Positions 12,650 through 24,510 are shown, numbered from the stretch's first letter. The stretch is DNA of 64,000 bases from Eledone cirrhosa (GCA_964016885.1 OZ024741.1:297972001-298036000); one strand, 5' to 3'. Notes: generated by a model not told the origin, from the sequence alone. Numbers and translations are program-made.

Positions 12650-14045
12650 GTGCACAAAGGAGGTTGTCATGTCTTTGACATAACTGAGGGTCCTCCCACC
12701 CCTTTGTTTGTCAAGCTTTCTATGGCTGGATGCCCTTTGAATCAGCAATCACTTTACAGCATGTACTGGGTGTATTTTTGTATAGATCACCAAACACTAG
12801 AGAGGCTGTCACACCTTGACCCAACTGAAGGGTCCTCCCAAACCTTTGTTTGGCAAGCCCGCCATGGCTAGATACCCTTCCCATCACCAATCACTTCACA
12901 AGGGGGCACCAACTAGGAGCAAGTGTGGGGAGGGGTCATGGGATGTGTGCAGAAAGGGGGCATTGTGTTGTTGAGGATAGCTGTTAGTGAGCTGTAGTGG
13001 GGGTCATCCCACATTGTATGTTGGCTTTCTTCACCACTGCATAGCCCCAGCCCTCACAATCTTTAGTCATTTCTGTTGTGAGGGTTAGTTTTTAAGGTCG
13101 GGCTTCACAACCTCATACCATGCCTTCCTGGGTTTCTCTGAGGTTTCTCTGCATTTCTTTATGCAGCTGTTATCTTCCATGCACATCACATGTCCATACC
13201 AATGCAGTCTTCTCTCTTGCACACTACACCCAATTCCTCTTAGCCCAAATTTTTCTCTCAGCTTGCTTATGTTATGTCACTCATGCACACTAACATTACA
13301 CATCCACCAGAACATATTCAACTCATTTTTTTCTAGCTTCTGCTGTTCTTCTGCAATCCAGGCTCATGCTTCACTGCCATGTAACATTGCAGTTCGCAAA
13401 CAGACATCATATAGTCTACCCTTCACTCTGAAAAAAAAGCATTTGTTAGTAGCAGTAATGGATCTCTAAACTTCTTCCAGCCTATTCTTATCCTAACTAT
13501 CATACTTTTGTCACATCCTTCCCCATGCTAATTTTATTGCCTAGGTAGTGATAGCTGTCAACAACTTCTATGAAGCCCAGTGGCAGCTGAAGGAATCTAT
13601 TTCCTGTGTGTTCTTTGTGTTCACTTCCCTAGTGCATCTGCTGGCATGTAAATAGATATTTTCTGTTAGCCTGCCTGCAATCCTACTACATCCTGTGTAT
13701 ATCCATAACTTACATTGAGTGCATCTTATGGAATTTTTGCCCACCCCTTTCTGACATCTCAAGCAAGGCCACTTTCCTGATGGTATAACCTTCCTATCTT
13801 TTTTCCTACTTATTAGGACTTTTGTCTTTTTAAATTTACTTTTAGGCCTTTCAGCTCTAGGTTCTACTTCTATGCTTGAAATTTTGCCTCTAACTTTCCA
13901 ATGAATTCATCTATGAAGTCTAGGTCGTCAGTGTATACAAACTCCCAAGGAGTGCTAATTTTAAACTCCTCAGTGATGGCCTGAAGGATGATGATAAACG
14001 AGAATGGGCTATGGACTGATCCCACATGGACCCCCCACCTGCAAA
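12650..14045 (-). mobile_element. Old RTE family A-related LINE, heavily decayed
   Basis: Minus strand LLHGSEA, LHWYGHVMCM, GVGKNSIRCTQCKLW, PWEFVYTDD; UTR-like repeats at 12650-12900. Confidence 0.75.
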
Positions 14046-14396
14046 TTCATCACATATCTTTCAGATATTTAGCACATATCTTAAAAGATCTAGCTGTACC
14101 AAAGTAGATATGTTTTCTATAGTATGGCAAGGTTTATTGTTAAGCTGATCATAGATAAATATTTTCACATACTGTGTAGCCAAGTGATCCTCTTATAAAA
14201 GGAATAAATACAATTATTTCTCTGCAGGTCCACAGATGACTGTAGCAAACAAACAAAAAGTCCTATGTCCATGATATATATATATAGTAATAATAATAAA
14301 TTTGAAGACTAAAATCCAAAGAGGGCTCGATAAGGATAAATATATATCAAATATATAAGAACCGTAGAGCAAATATTTATTAAAATAACAGATTAA

Positions 14397-14447
14397 AGTT
14401 TAAGCAAAGAATCGCTGCTTTCACCCTTAATGGGATCTTCTGAAACT
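14397..14447 (-). ncRNA. Hammerhead-ribozyme-like fold (type I, variant core), left arm copy
   Basis: Reverse complement of the 16779-16829 motif; stem II loop AUUAA. Confidence 0.45.
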
Positions 14448-15470
14448 AACAAAGTCAATCTGTAAATGCAGTAGTGAATATTTCAAAAAACGTTGCAACC
14501 GGAGGAAGACAGGAAGACGATACTTTGGTTCGTGGAAACGTTCCCTGGCAAAGAACTGGAAAAAACGAATATAATACGTCATTAATAGGAGCGGTGAAAA
14601 ACAATTACACGCAAAGACAGAACCACGTTTATGGTATAAAAGAAGTCGTAGACTAATATTCTCTTAGGTGGTTCATAGAGACGTTCTCTGGCAATGAACA
14701 GAAAAAACGAAGATAATACGTCATATGTGGAGCATGGAGAACAATTTCACGCAAAGACAAAACCACGTAAATGGTATAGCAGAAGTCGTAGACTAAAATT
14801 CTAACTAGGAAACCGACTGATTCTCCGCTTCAGAGTTAAGAATAAAGTAAATAAAATACAATACAGTGGTAATTGATATTAAATATATACATACACGCAT
14901 CCAAATACGTACATACACAAGCATACGTGAAAACACTCGCCATAGGTATACAAAACCATACACATATAAATATGTGTGTGTGTGCATGTATACAAATAAA
15001 TAAATAATTAAATAAACGTATATAAATAAATAAATACGTATATAACAAGCGCACACATATACCTCCATGTAAATACAAAAATGTTCGGAGACGTACGTCA
15101 ACCAAATCACGAAGTACACATATACACACACACCCTACATACGTACTAACCCGCGTACTCACACAGACGCAAAACTCACGTATACACATAACCAAAAGCA
15201 TATGTACCAGAATATATAAAAATATACGCCATAACATATACAATCAAATATACATACGAGAAAGTATACGTACCTTCACAAAACATAGAGGTAATATATA
15301 CTTACCTATGCAAATAAGTAATGGTATAAACATAACATATACTTAGCTACCACATCAAGACGTAAATTATCTGCGTATAGATCGTATTATCCGTTAGGGT
15401 ATAATGTGGGGCTGTAATACAGGAAAGTTTTGTGCAATTTATGTTTACAAGCTGAAATTGCCTCAGATTT

Positions 15471-15851
15471 GTCTACAAATGTAAGGTTGAAACACCCATG
15501 TCCCGTAGGGCCTACATAGGGTTAACTGCCAATAGATTCAAGCAGCGTCTTTACATGCATACCCATTCTTTTCGTTACCCTCTAAGAAGGAATATGACGT
15601 CACTTTCAGCTTAAATCTGGAGTCTAAAAGACAACCACACCCAATATAAGTTACACTGGGAGATCCTAGCTAGGGCTAGATCGTATAACGGAAATAAAAG
15701 ACCATGTGACCTCTGCGCCGCTGAGGCCCTGGAAATACTCTACACCACAGACTACATCTTAAACAAAAAATCTGAGACAATTTCAGCTTGTAAACATAAA
15801 TTGCACAAAACTTTCCTGTATTACAGCCCCACATTATACCCTAACGGATAG
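15471..15851 (+). pseudogene. Penelope GIY-YIG endonuclease remnant (not in the ORF track)
   Basis: VYKCKVETPMSRRAYIGLTANRFKQRLYMHTHSFRY..TSLSA*IWSLKD..WEILARARSY..CDLCAAE..ILNKKSETISACKH; one internal stop at 15612. Confidence 0.88.
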
Positions 15852-16778
15852 TACGATCTATACGTGGATATTTTACGTCTTGGTGTGGTAGCTAGGTATA
15901 TGTTATGTTAATACCATTACTTATTCGTATAGGTAAGTATATATTACCTGTATGTTTTGTGAAGGTACGTATACTTTCTCGTATGTATATTTGATTGTAT
16001 ATGTTATGGCATATATTTTTATATATTCTGGTACATATGCTTTTGGTTATGTGTATACGTGAGTTTTGCGTCTGTGTGAGTACGCGGGTTTGTACGTATG
16101 TAGGGTGTGTATATGTGTACTTCGTGTTTTGGTTGACGTACGTCTCCGAACATTTGTGTATTTACATGTAGGTATGTGTGTGCGCTTGTTATATACGTAT
16201 TTATTTATATACATTTATTTAATTATTTGTATACACGCACACACACACACACATATTTATATGTGCGTGTATTTGTATACCTATGGCGAGTGTTTTCACG
16301 TATGCTTGTGTATGTACGTATTTGGATGCATGTATGTATATATTTAATTTCAATTACCTCTGTATTGTATTGTATTTACTTTATTCTTAACTCTGAAGCG
16401 GAGAATCATTCGGTTTCCTAGTTAGAATTTTAGTCTACGACTTCTGCTATACCATTTACGTGGTTTTGTCTTTGCGTGCAATTGTTCTCCATGCTCCACA
16501 TATGACGTATTATCTTCGTTTTTTCTGTTCATTGCCAGAGAACGTCTCTATGAACTACTTAAGAGAACATTAGTCTACGACTTCTTTTATACCATAAACG
16601 TGGTTCTGTCTTTGCGTGTAATTGTTTTTCACCGCTCCTATTAATGACGTATTATATTCGTATTTTCCAGTTCTTTGCCAGGGAACGTTTCCACGAACCA
16701 AAGTATCGTCTTCCTGTCTTCCTCCGGTTGCAACGTTTTTTGAAATATTCACTACTGCGTTTACAGATTGACTTTGTT

Positions 16779-16829
16779 AGTTTCAGAAGATCCCGTTAAG
16801 GGTGAAAGCAGCGATTCTTTGCTTAAACT
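16779..16829 (+). ncRNA. Hammerhead-ribozyme-like fold (type I, variant core), right arm copy
   Basis: Stem I agttt/aaact; core CAGAAGA (vs CUGANGA); stem II ccc-gttaa-ggg; GAAA; stem III agca/tgct; CUU at the cleavage position; near the pLTR 3' end where Penelope hammerheads usually sit. Confidence 0.45.
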
Positions 16830-16846
16830 TTAATCTGTTATTTTAA

Positions 16847-16890
<44 letters not shown>

Positions 16891-16927
16891 TATATAAATG
16901 TTCTAACAAACTTAGGAGTTTGTAAGA

Positions 16928-17124
16928 TTATTTTTTAACACTCTTGTTAAATTTCTTTGCTGACTGTCTACTAAATTCATGGATTAAAGTTTCTTCCAAC
17001 TTATTGTTGATATTTTGTTCTGATTCTTGCAACATTTCTGCAACAGTTGAGCTTATATCCTCGATTTCTACTTCTAAGAATTCTGTTATCAGTGTTTTCA
17101 GGTATCTTTCAGCTTCAAAGTCTT
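16928..17124 (-). CDS. CFAP119: CFAP119-like gene A exon 9 (terminal; EDFEAERYLKTLITEFLEVEIED...KKFNKSVKK*)
   Basis: cacattttag| acceptor, phase 1, 197 nt ending in TAA; overlaps ORF 16928-17161. Confidence 0.82.
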
Positions 17125-17228
17125 CTAAAATGTGACAGAAAATGAGAGCATTTGAAAGCAAGAGAGAGAGAGAGAGAGAAAGAAAGAATGATTAAATATT
17201 GAAACAAAAAAGGAAAGGAATAATTATT

Positions 17229-19090
17229 TACTCTCGAATCTTGAATAATCATCACCACTCCCATCTCCTCTTATTAATTATCAGATTTTTCCAACCTTGC
17301 TCTCCTCTAATTCCCCCTCCCTCCCCTTCTTATTAATTTTCCAGATTTTTCCAACCTTGCTCTGCTCTTATCCCCCCCCCCCCCTGCTTATTAATTTTCC
17401 AGATTTTTCCAACCTTGCTCTGCTCTTATCCCCCCTCCCTCCCCTGCTTATTAATTTTCCAGAATTTTCCCACATTGCTGTGCTCTAATCCCACCTACCT
17501 CCCCCGCTTATTAATTTTCCAAATTTTTCCAACCTTGCTCTGCTCTTATCCCCCCTCCCTCCCCTGCTTATTAATTTTCCAGATTTTTCCAACCTTGCTG
17601 TGCTCTAATCCCACCTACCTCCCCCGCTTATTAATTTTCCAAATTTTTCCAACCTTGCTCTGCTCTTATCCCCCCTCCCTCCCCTGCTTATTAATTTTCC
17701 AGATTTTTCCAACCTTGCTCTGCTCTTATCCCCCCTCCCTCCCCTGCTTATTAATTTTCCAGATTTTTCCAACCTTGCTCTGCTCTTATCCCCCCTCCCT
17801 CCCCTGCTTATTAATTTTCCAGATTTTTCCAACCTTGCTCTGCTCTCATCCCCCCTCCCTTCCCTGCTTATTAATTTTCCAGATTTTTCCAACCTTGCTC
17901 TGCTCTTATCCCCCCTCCCTCCCCTGCTTATTAATTTTCCAGATTTTTCCAACCTTGCTCTGCTCTCATCCCCCCTCCCTCCCCTGCTTATTAATTTTCC
18001 AGATTTTTCCAACCTTGCTCTGCTCTTATCCCCCCTCCCTCCCCTGCTTATTAATTTTCCAGATTTTTCCAACCTTGCTCTGCTCTCATCCCCCCTCCCT
18101 CCCCTGCTTATTAATTTTCCAGATTTTTCCAACCTTGCTCTGCTCTCATCCCCCCTCCCTTCCCTGCTTATTAATTTTCCAGATTTTTCCAACCTTGCTC
18201 TGCTCTTATCCCCCCTCCCTCCCCTGCTTATTAATTTTCCAGATTTTTCCAACCTTGCTCTGCTCTCATCCCCCCTCCCTCCCCTGCTTATTAATTTTCC
18301 AGATTTTTCCAACCTTGCTCTGCTCTTATCCCCCCTCCCTCCCCTGCTTATTAATTTTCCAGATTTTTCCAACCTTGCTCTGCTCTCATCCCCCCTCCCT
18401 CCCCTGCTTATTAATTTTCCAGATTTTTCCAACCTTGCTCTGCTCTCATCCCCCCTCCCTTCCCTGCTTATTAATTTTCCAGATTTTTCCAACCTTGCTC
18501 TGCTCTTATCCCCCCTCCCTCCCCTGCTTATTAATTTTCCAGATTTTTCCAACCTTGCTCTGCTCTCATCCCCCCTCCCTCCCCTGCTTATTAATTTTCC
18601 AGATTTTTCCAACCTTGCTCTGCTCTTATCCCCCCTCCCTCCCCTGCTTATTAATTTTCCAGATTTTTCCAACCTTGGTCTGCTCTTATCCCCCCCCCCC
18701 CTCCCTCCCTCGCTTATGAATTTTCCAGATTTTTCCAACCTTGCTCTGCTCTAATCCCCCCCCCCCATCCCTCCCCCACTTATTAATTTTCCAGATTTTT
18801 CCAACTTCGCCACTCTAATCCTCCCCTCCTGCTTATTAATTTTTGCTAATCTATCTCCACAACAATTAATTTTCTTTAGACATTAAAAAAACATTATACA
18901 TGACAAAAAAAGTACATTATTAGAAATCCCATATGTTATAAAATAAATAGAATAGGTTGGGGTCTCAATATGTAAACTAACTGACTAATTCTGGTTTTTA
19001 AAAAATCAACAGTGTCTACCTAGAAAAATTACCGATTTTCCAATTTCCCCTGCTTATTCCAATTACCCTGTTATTAGGGACTCAGGAGTA
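17229..19090. mobile_element. TA-flanked non-autonomous DNA transposon (MITE family X) carrying an internal satellite expansion
   Basis: Ends tactctcgaatcttgaataa / ttattagggactcaggagta; body (18850-19090) is the reverse complement of the copies at 29297, 50805, 53749 and 61391. Confidence 0.75.
17274..18845. repeat. 60-bp tandem satellite (~26 units) with a 5-unit higher-order period
   Basis: Unit agatttttccaaccttgctctgctct(t/c)atcccccctccct(c/t)ccctgcttattaattttcc; the tccct variant recurs in the units starting 17821, 18121 and 18421. Confidence 0.97.
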
Positions 19091-19335
19091 GTCATCTTTG
19101 AGATGAATGATCAATCTCACAATATTGACCTTCCTTCAAACCCATGTTTCCCTGCAGATGATGACTTACAGAGATTTAAACTGAACATCAACTCTATCAA
19201 TCTCTCCAGGCTCAGAGGTGCTGTGAAGGTGATGAGCAGTCCTTTCATCTGGCTAAATTATAAAAACTGAATAAGTCTCACTCCATAAATATATGGTCAA
19301 ATATTCTCAATATTCTGACATACTTAATAGATATA

Positions 19336-19512
19336 ATTGTTTCTACTTTAGGCACAAGGCCAGCAATTACCCAGTGCATTACTGGTACTTTATTTTATCG
19401 ACCCCGTAAGGATGAAAGGCAAAGTCAACCTCAGCGGGATTTGAACTCAGATTGTAAAGAGACGTAACTATGCTGGAAAGCTTGGCATCTGACCCTCTAC
19501 CGATACTGCCAA
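19336..19512 (-). mobile_element. tRNA-SINE (Meta-type core), young subfamily
   Basis: Near-identical to 52349-52524, 59419-59597, 23373-23482 and 61875-61977; on minus strand ggcagtatcggtagagg box A, gagttcaaatccc box B, gcctttcatcc..ggggtcgataaaa core. Confidence 0.8.
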
Positions 19513-19964
19513 TCAGATATAATAATTACTTTTATTAAGATAAGGATATACATTTGAATTGAATTGGCCTAAGTGAATACAGTTAACCTCAGTGCATAAC
19601 TTAAGTAGAGGTGAGATGGCTGAGAAGAGAAACTATTGGATTTTCTGTTGCTAATCATGGGTTAAAATCCAATATTATGACCGCCTATAATGTTTTGTAT
19701 GACATTACATAGTCATACCCTTGCTCAGAAAACAGATGCTAAATTGTTAAATGATGATGATGTGTCTGTTTGCATTACGTTACACAGCATTGCATATATA
19801 TCATTGCATAATATTGTGATTAGCTCTGGTAGATAACATTACATATGTTGCACCATTGCATAATAGCAAATGTCAGTTGTATGTTACAATACATTACATT
19901 ATATTGTGATCATCTATAATATGTTACTCTTCTCTCTACCAAAACTGTAAATACTGATGGAGGT

Positions 19965-20283
19965 GTAGGGTAACATTGGTGACAACATCGTTTCTGAGGC
20001 ATTTTTTTAACCTGGTAGACCGCATCCTCTCTTCAGGTCTGAACACAGATGATTTTTACTTCTTCTTTTTCAAGATAGCGAGTGATAAAGAGGAAATGAA
20101 AAACGGATATACAGGAAGAATCTACTCCAGTACTTGACTGTTACTTTTTTTTTTTATTGATCTTGAAAAGATGAAAGGCAAAGTTAACCTCAGCAGCATT
20201 TGAACTCAGATCACAGATAATTCAATCAAATACCACAGAGTATTCTATCCAACATTCTAATGCTTCTGCCAATTTGCTGCCTT
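19965..20283 (-). mobile_element. tRNA-SINE with Meta-type core
   Basis: Same core and 3' region as 12100-12395. Confidence 0.65.
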
Positions 20284-20939
20284 ATAATATGTTACAGTAC
20301 ATTACAAAATATTGTGACACCATTTCGAAAAATAAATACAACTGATAACATTACAAAATACTTTGTGATTAGCATCAACCCAACATAGAACATAATAGTA
20401 ATTGTTTAGCCCCAGGTCAATTCTTATGCAGATATATGATAAAAGGCATTCCACTTTTAACCATCCTGTCTTTTGTGAGATTATCTGAAACTACAATATT
20501 TTAATGTATTGGGGTTTGATTTCATGGAAAATATGGCTGTTATTTCTAACAAGCTAATTACCCACATAGAGGCTTCCTTATTCACTCCACTGGCCATTTA
20601 GCAATGATTCTTTTAAAGTACAGTTGACTCTTCCTTTCGAAGTTCTAAATCCAATTTTGTGCAGTAAGTTTATATTTTTGGTCAAATACTACATGTGCTT
20701 ACATGGTAAATGATGCTTAAAAAACTTAAAGTACTTGTAAAATGTTAAAAATAGCCATTACAAATGCTTTTCTGATTCAGAGAAAACCAAACATTGTGTC
20801 ATGACACCAGCCTCAAAGATCTGTGCAGTTCTAAAATGTCTTTAAAATAAACCCTGCCGTTTAGAGTTACCCTTATTGGCTCTAGTAACCATATTTTGGC
20901 TGCTGTGACCACTTAGTTCTCTTGTTGTTACCCATGAAC

Positions 20940-21190
20940 ATGCAGATGTCCCCTAGAAACTCTAATGACCAGTTAGATACTCGCTCACTGGCTTCAGTGA
21001 CCATATAAAGATTCCCTCGTTGGCTTCAGTGACCCCTAGAAGCTCTAATGACTATGTAAAGCCACCATTGTTGGCTTTAGTGACTCTTTATAAGCTCTAA
21101 TGACCAGAGACTCTCCTATTGGCTTCAGTGCCCACCTACAAGCTTTAGTGACCACATAAAGGCTCCTTTGTTGGTTCTAGTGATAATATA
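20940..21190. repeat. Degenerate ~50-bp tandem repeat
   Basis: Recurring aagctctaatgacc...ttggcttcagtgacc. Confidence 0.6.
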
Positions 21191-21257
21191 GAGAATCACT
21201 AGTCGAATAAGACCCCTTAGTTGAAATTTGTAACTATAAATATTGTGAATATAAAGT

Positions 21258-21363
21258 TTAGCCCTTTAGCATTTAAACCGGCCATATCCGGCCAGAATTC
21301 CCACACCTCTTTCTGTTCAATCCAGCCACAACTGGCTTCTCATACTTATGTTAAGGTATTGTT
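21258..21363. mobile_element. piggyBac-like MITE, left half only
   Basis: ccctttagcatttaaaccggccatatccggccagaattc matches the left end of the 28016 and 54557 copies. Confidence 0.65.
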
Positions 21364-21374
21364 TGTTAACAAAC

Positions 21375-21473
21375 CTTTATCAGGGACATTGAGCAGTTCT
21401 GATTCTTTATCACTGCCTTCTTGGGATTCTTCAGATTCTTCTTTCCCATCCTTTTCAGCCACAACATAAGTTT
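21375..21473 (-). CDS. CFAP119: CFAP119-like gene A exon 8 (ETYVVAEKDGKEESEESQEGSDKESELLNVPDK)
   Basis: aattaag|AA...AAAG|gtttgt; 99 nt, phase 1/1; paralogous to 5969-6073. Confidence 0.75.
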
Positions 21474-21759
21474 CTTAATTTGAAACACAAAAAAGAAAGT
21501 GAAATCAAGATTAATTTTGCAGGAAGAAAGCTGCTTTACATCTGATTCATATATATTTTATCTCAAATAAACACTTTACAAACAGATATTATTTAACTTA
21601 ACCTCATTTTAGTTTGATTCATTTATACCCGTTTTCTGTTTTCTGATAATTTAACACTCCTCTTTGTCATGTGCCAATAAGCTATCTTGATCTTGTAGTA
21701 ATTATACAAATAGTATTGCTTGGTTACATAGGCATAAAGTGGTAAAATGTGTCATCAAC

Positions 21760-22960
21760 ATTTTTTATTTCACTTTTCCATGTTTGTATGGGCTGGACAG
21801 GTTTTGTATAGCACAGCTTCTCTCCTCTTGTGTTCCTTCAACATCCTCTCTGTGACATGCAGTATTTTTAGATCAGCTCTCAACACTTCTGTCCAGGTCT
21901 TCCTCTACTGCAGCTTCCTACTACTGGTAATTCCTGACACTTCTTCATCCATATGCATCACATGTCCATACCAGCACAATCTACTCAGCTGCACGCTACA
22001 TTTGATTACTCTTATACCCAGTCTTTCTCTCAGCTCATCCATTTTCTGACATTCATACATATTAACATCACACATCGATCACAACAGGCTTGTTTTCCCT
22101 GCTGGGATCAGAGTCCTGTTTTCTTTCCTACTCACTAAAACTTTGGTCTTTGCTAAGTTTAATTTCAACCCTTTTGGTCCTGTTTCCACAGTAAGAATTT
22201 CAGCTATAAGAACAACATCATCAGTATACAGAAGTTCCCATGGATAAGCAATCTTAAATGCCTCTGTCATGGCCTGGCAGACGATAATAGAAGTGGATTG
22301 AGGACTAAGAACTGATGAACACCTACCTACACATGGAATTCCTCACTAAACTCACTACCTACTCCCCCTTCAATGATAGCACTTCTGTATATGGCTTGCA
22401 CTGCTATCACAAGTCACTCATCTACACTCCGTTTCCTTAAGGACCACCAGGTAACATATCATAGAACTCTGTCAAAGGTTAAGAACTTCTCTTGTAGTTG
22501 CCTCATTAAGAAGAGGGCAATTGTGGTGTTCCTTCCTGACACAAAACCAAATTGCATCTCATCTAATTTGACTCTTTTCCCAATACTAAAACTTTTTGCA
22601 GTCGCTTTCATAACTTGATCCACTAGTTTTGTACCTCTGTAGTAGGTCCTTTCTGGAGAATCACATTTTCTTTGTAATAATTAATGATTATTCTGCAATG
22701 CCAATCATTGGATATGAAACCATCATGTATTATTTGATTCACTATTCAGTTGACTTTCTTTACTCCTATTTCACCAGATGATTTCAGCATCTCAACAACT
22801 ATGCCTGACAGACCAGCAGCATTTTCATTTTTCATTTCTCTGATTGCTTCTTTTTGACTCTATAACTGTCAACTTCAATAGCCAATCCCTCTGTTGAGTC
22901 TAATGGGGAGAGTCCTTCTGCTTTGCACTTATTCTCCACATCCATCAACCTCTATTTGTA
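21760..22960 (-). mobile_element. Old RTE family A LINE, decayed
   Basis: Minus strand PWELLYTDDVVLIAE, LKLNLAKTKVLVS, LDEMQFGFVSGRNTT, YRGTKL. Confidence 0.8.
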
Positions 22961-23266
22961 ATAGTAGTGAAATGTATTGAAGAGGTTTGGAATTTGAACA
23001 TTCTATGGAAAAACTGATACTTATAAATTACACCATTTTATGGTTAACTGCTGCAAAGGTCTTGTTATTTGTACAAGTGTAGAATCAGCCAACACATATT
23101 GCTATAGGGAAACATAGACAATTTTCACCCCACTACTCTTAATGTGCTCACTACCATCATCCCATCATAACACTAGATAAATATATTAACAGCACTTCTT
23201 TACCATAAAAACACCATCATTACACAATCAAGCTACCACTATCACATCATTGCCATTGCCACATAC

Positions 23267-23324
23267 CTTCACTTCTTCCAGTTTCAGACTGTCCAGTGTA
23301 GTTCAAAACCAAATCAAGCCGCAC
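23267..23324 (-). CDS. CFAP119: CFAP119-like gene A exon 7 (VRLDLVLNYTGQSETGRSE)
   Basis: tttcag|GTG...GAAG|gtatgt; 58 nt, phase 0/1. Confidence 0.88.
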
Positions 23325-23372
23325 CTGAAATTGGTAAAGTGATTAATAGTGCATATCATTAATTATTTTATT

Positions 23373-23482
23373 CAAATCCCGCCGAGGTTGACTTTGCCTT
23401 TCATCCTTACGGGATCGATAAAATAAAGTACCAGTAATGCACTGGGTAATTGCTGGCCTTGTGCCTAAAGTAGAAACAATTA
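23373..23482 (+). mobile_element. tRNA-SINE (Meta-type core), 5'-truncated
   Basis: caaatcccgccgaggttgactttgcctttcatccttacgggatcgataaaataaagtacc. Confidence 0.75.
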
Positions 23483-23611
23483 ATTATTTTATTCTTTAAA
23501 ACATCATCTGTCCTAGCTTTGGATGAATAAACCTAGTGACTGAACTGAAACCCACCAAATAAACGAGCACACTTTACCAATGATTATATATATATTATAT
23601 ATATATATATA

Positions 23612-23955
23612 TTTCAGAAAGTAATGGGAGCTGTGCTGTTTTCTTACAAAATCAGAAAACAGCACAGCTCCCATGACTTTCGGAAACATTTTTTCACGCT
23701 CAGAATTGCTGAAACATGGAACAAACTACCTGCATCTGTTGTTAGCTGTTGGGACACTGCATCCTTCAAAACTTCGATGCTTCCCGGAATTCGCTAACAC
23801 CTGATATTTCCCCTTCATACCCACACACGCATGTATCTGTGTGTATATCATGACTGATACACTGTTCACTTTCCTGCCCATTATTCTATGTACTATACAT
23901 GCACCTTTGATGAGTTGTAGTGCACCTGAGCACTACACAACAATTTTCATTATTT
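23612..23955 (+). mobile_element. CR1/L2-type LINE 3' end with a 33-bp snap-back inverted duplication at its 5' junction
   Basis: YKIRKQHSSHDFRKHFFTLRIAETWNKLPASVV..SFK (CR1-type C-terminal motif); 23612-23644 is the reverse complement of 23654-23686. Confidence 0.8.
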
Positions 23956-24161
23956 TATCATCATCATCACTGTTTTACGTCCGTTCTTCCATGCTTATAT
24001 ATACATATGTGTGTCTATATATATATATATCATCATTTTTACATATATATATAGTCTGTGGTGCTGACACCGAGGAGACCACTAATCATGTCAGTATTCA
24101 ATACGTGGGGAAATGTAGAGTGAGTATAGAGACCAAGTGGTCTGTGTTTTACATCTCTCTT

Positions 24162-24221
<60 letters not shown>

Positions 24222-24314
24222 TGTCAACATGAATGGATCTGTTATTTTTATCTAAAGACATTTTTTCCAATTCCAACCCGCCCGTCCCCTTAATCTGTCT
24301 TATTTCTCATTCTT

Positions 24315-24350
24315 TCTTCTGATGAAGGACTAGCGTCCGAAACATTAAGA
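24315..24350 (+). ncRNA. Minimal type I hammerhead ribozyme in a Penelope pLTR remnant (probably inactive)
   Basis: tctt-CTGATGA-a-ggac-tagc-gtcc-GAAAC-att-aaga; stem I tctt/aaga; stem III would need GAAACG but has GAAACA. Confidence 0.65.
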
Positions 24351-24458
24351 TCCTCTTCCTGCTATATCAAATGTTAACCTAATATATCCCTTCCATATAC
24401 TGTACCGATTGTGTTGTTATTTCTGTTTACCTTTTACATATATATATATATCGAATGT

Positions 24459-24504
<46 letters not shown>

Positions 24505-24510
24505 GCTTTT

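Larger units (their letters stand above)
14283..16850 (+). mobile_element. Penelope-like element: 5'-truncated GIY-YIG endonuclease + pseudo-LTR, preceded by an inverted pLTR copy (2.5-kb palindrome)
   Basis: Arms 14379-15470 and 15768-16847 are near-identical reverse complements; the spacer encodes a GIY-YIG domain; both ends lie in (TA)n. Confidence 0.88.

Noticed and set aside
14474-14656. Duplicated 60-aa ORF (also 16570-16752) as a small gene pair
   Set aside because: Both copies are in the inverted Penelope pLTR arms, start at GTG and show no recognisable domain
17415-18738. 434-aa and 377-aa repeat ORFs; also considered as a CRISPR array
   Set aside because: A 60-bp unit without stops in some frames; units are contiguous with no unique spacers, there are no cas genes and the context is eukaryotic
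24152-24221. (CT)n(AT)n(AG)n self-complementary tract
   Set aside because: Ordinary compound microsatellite
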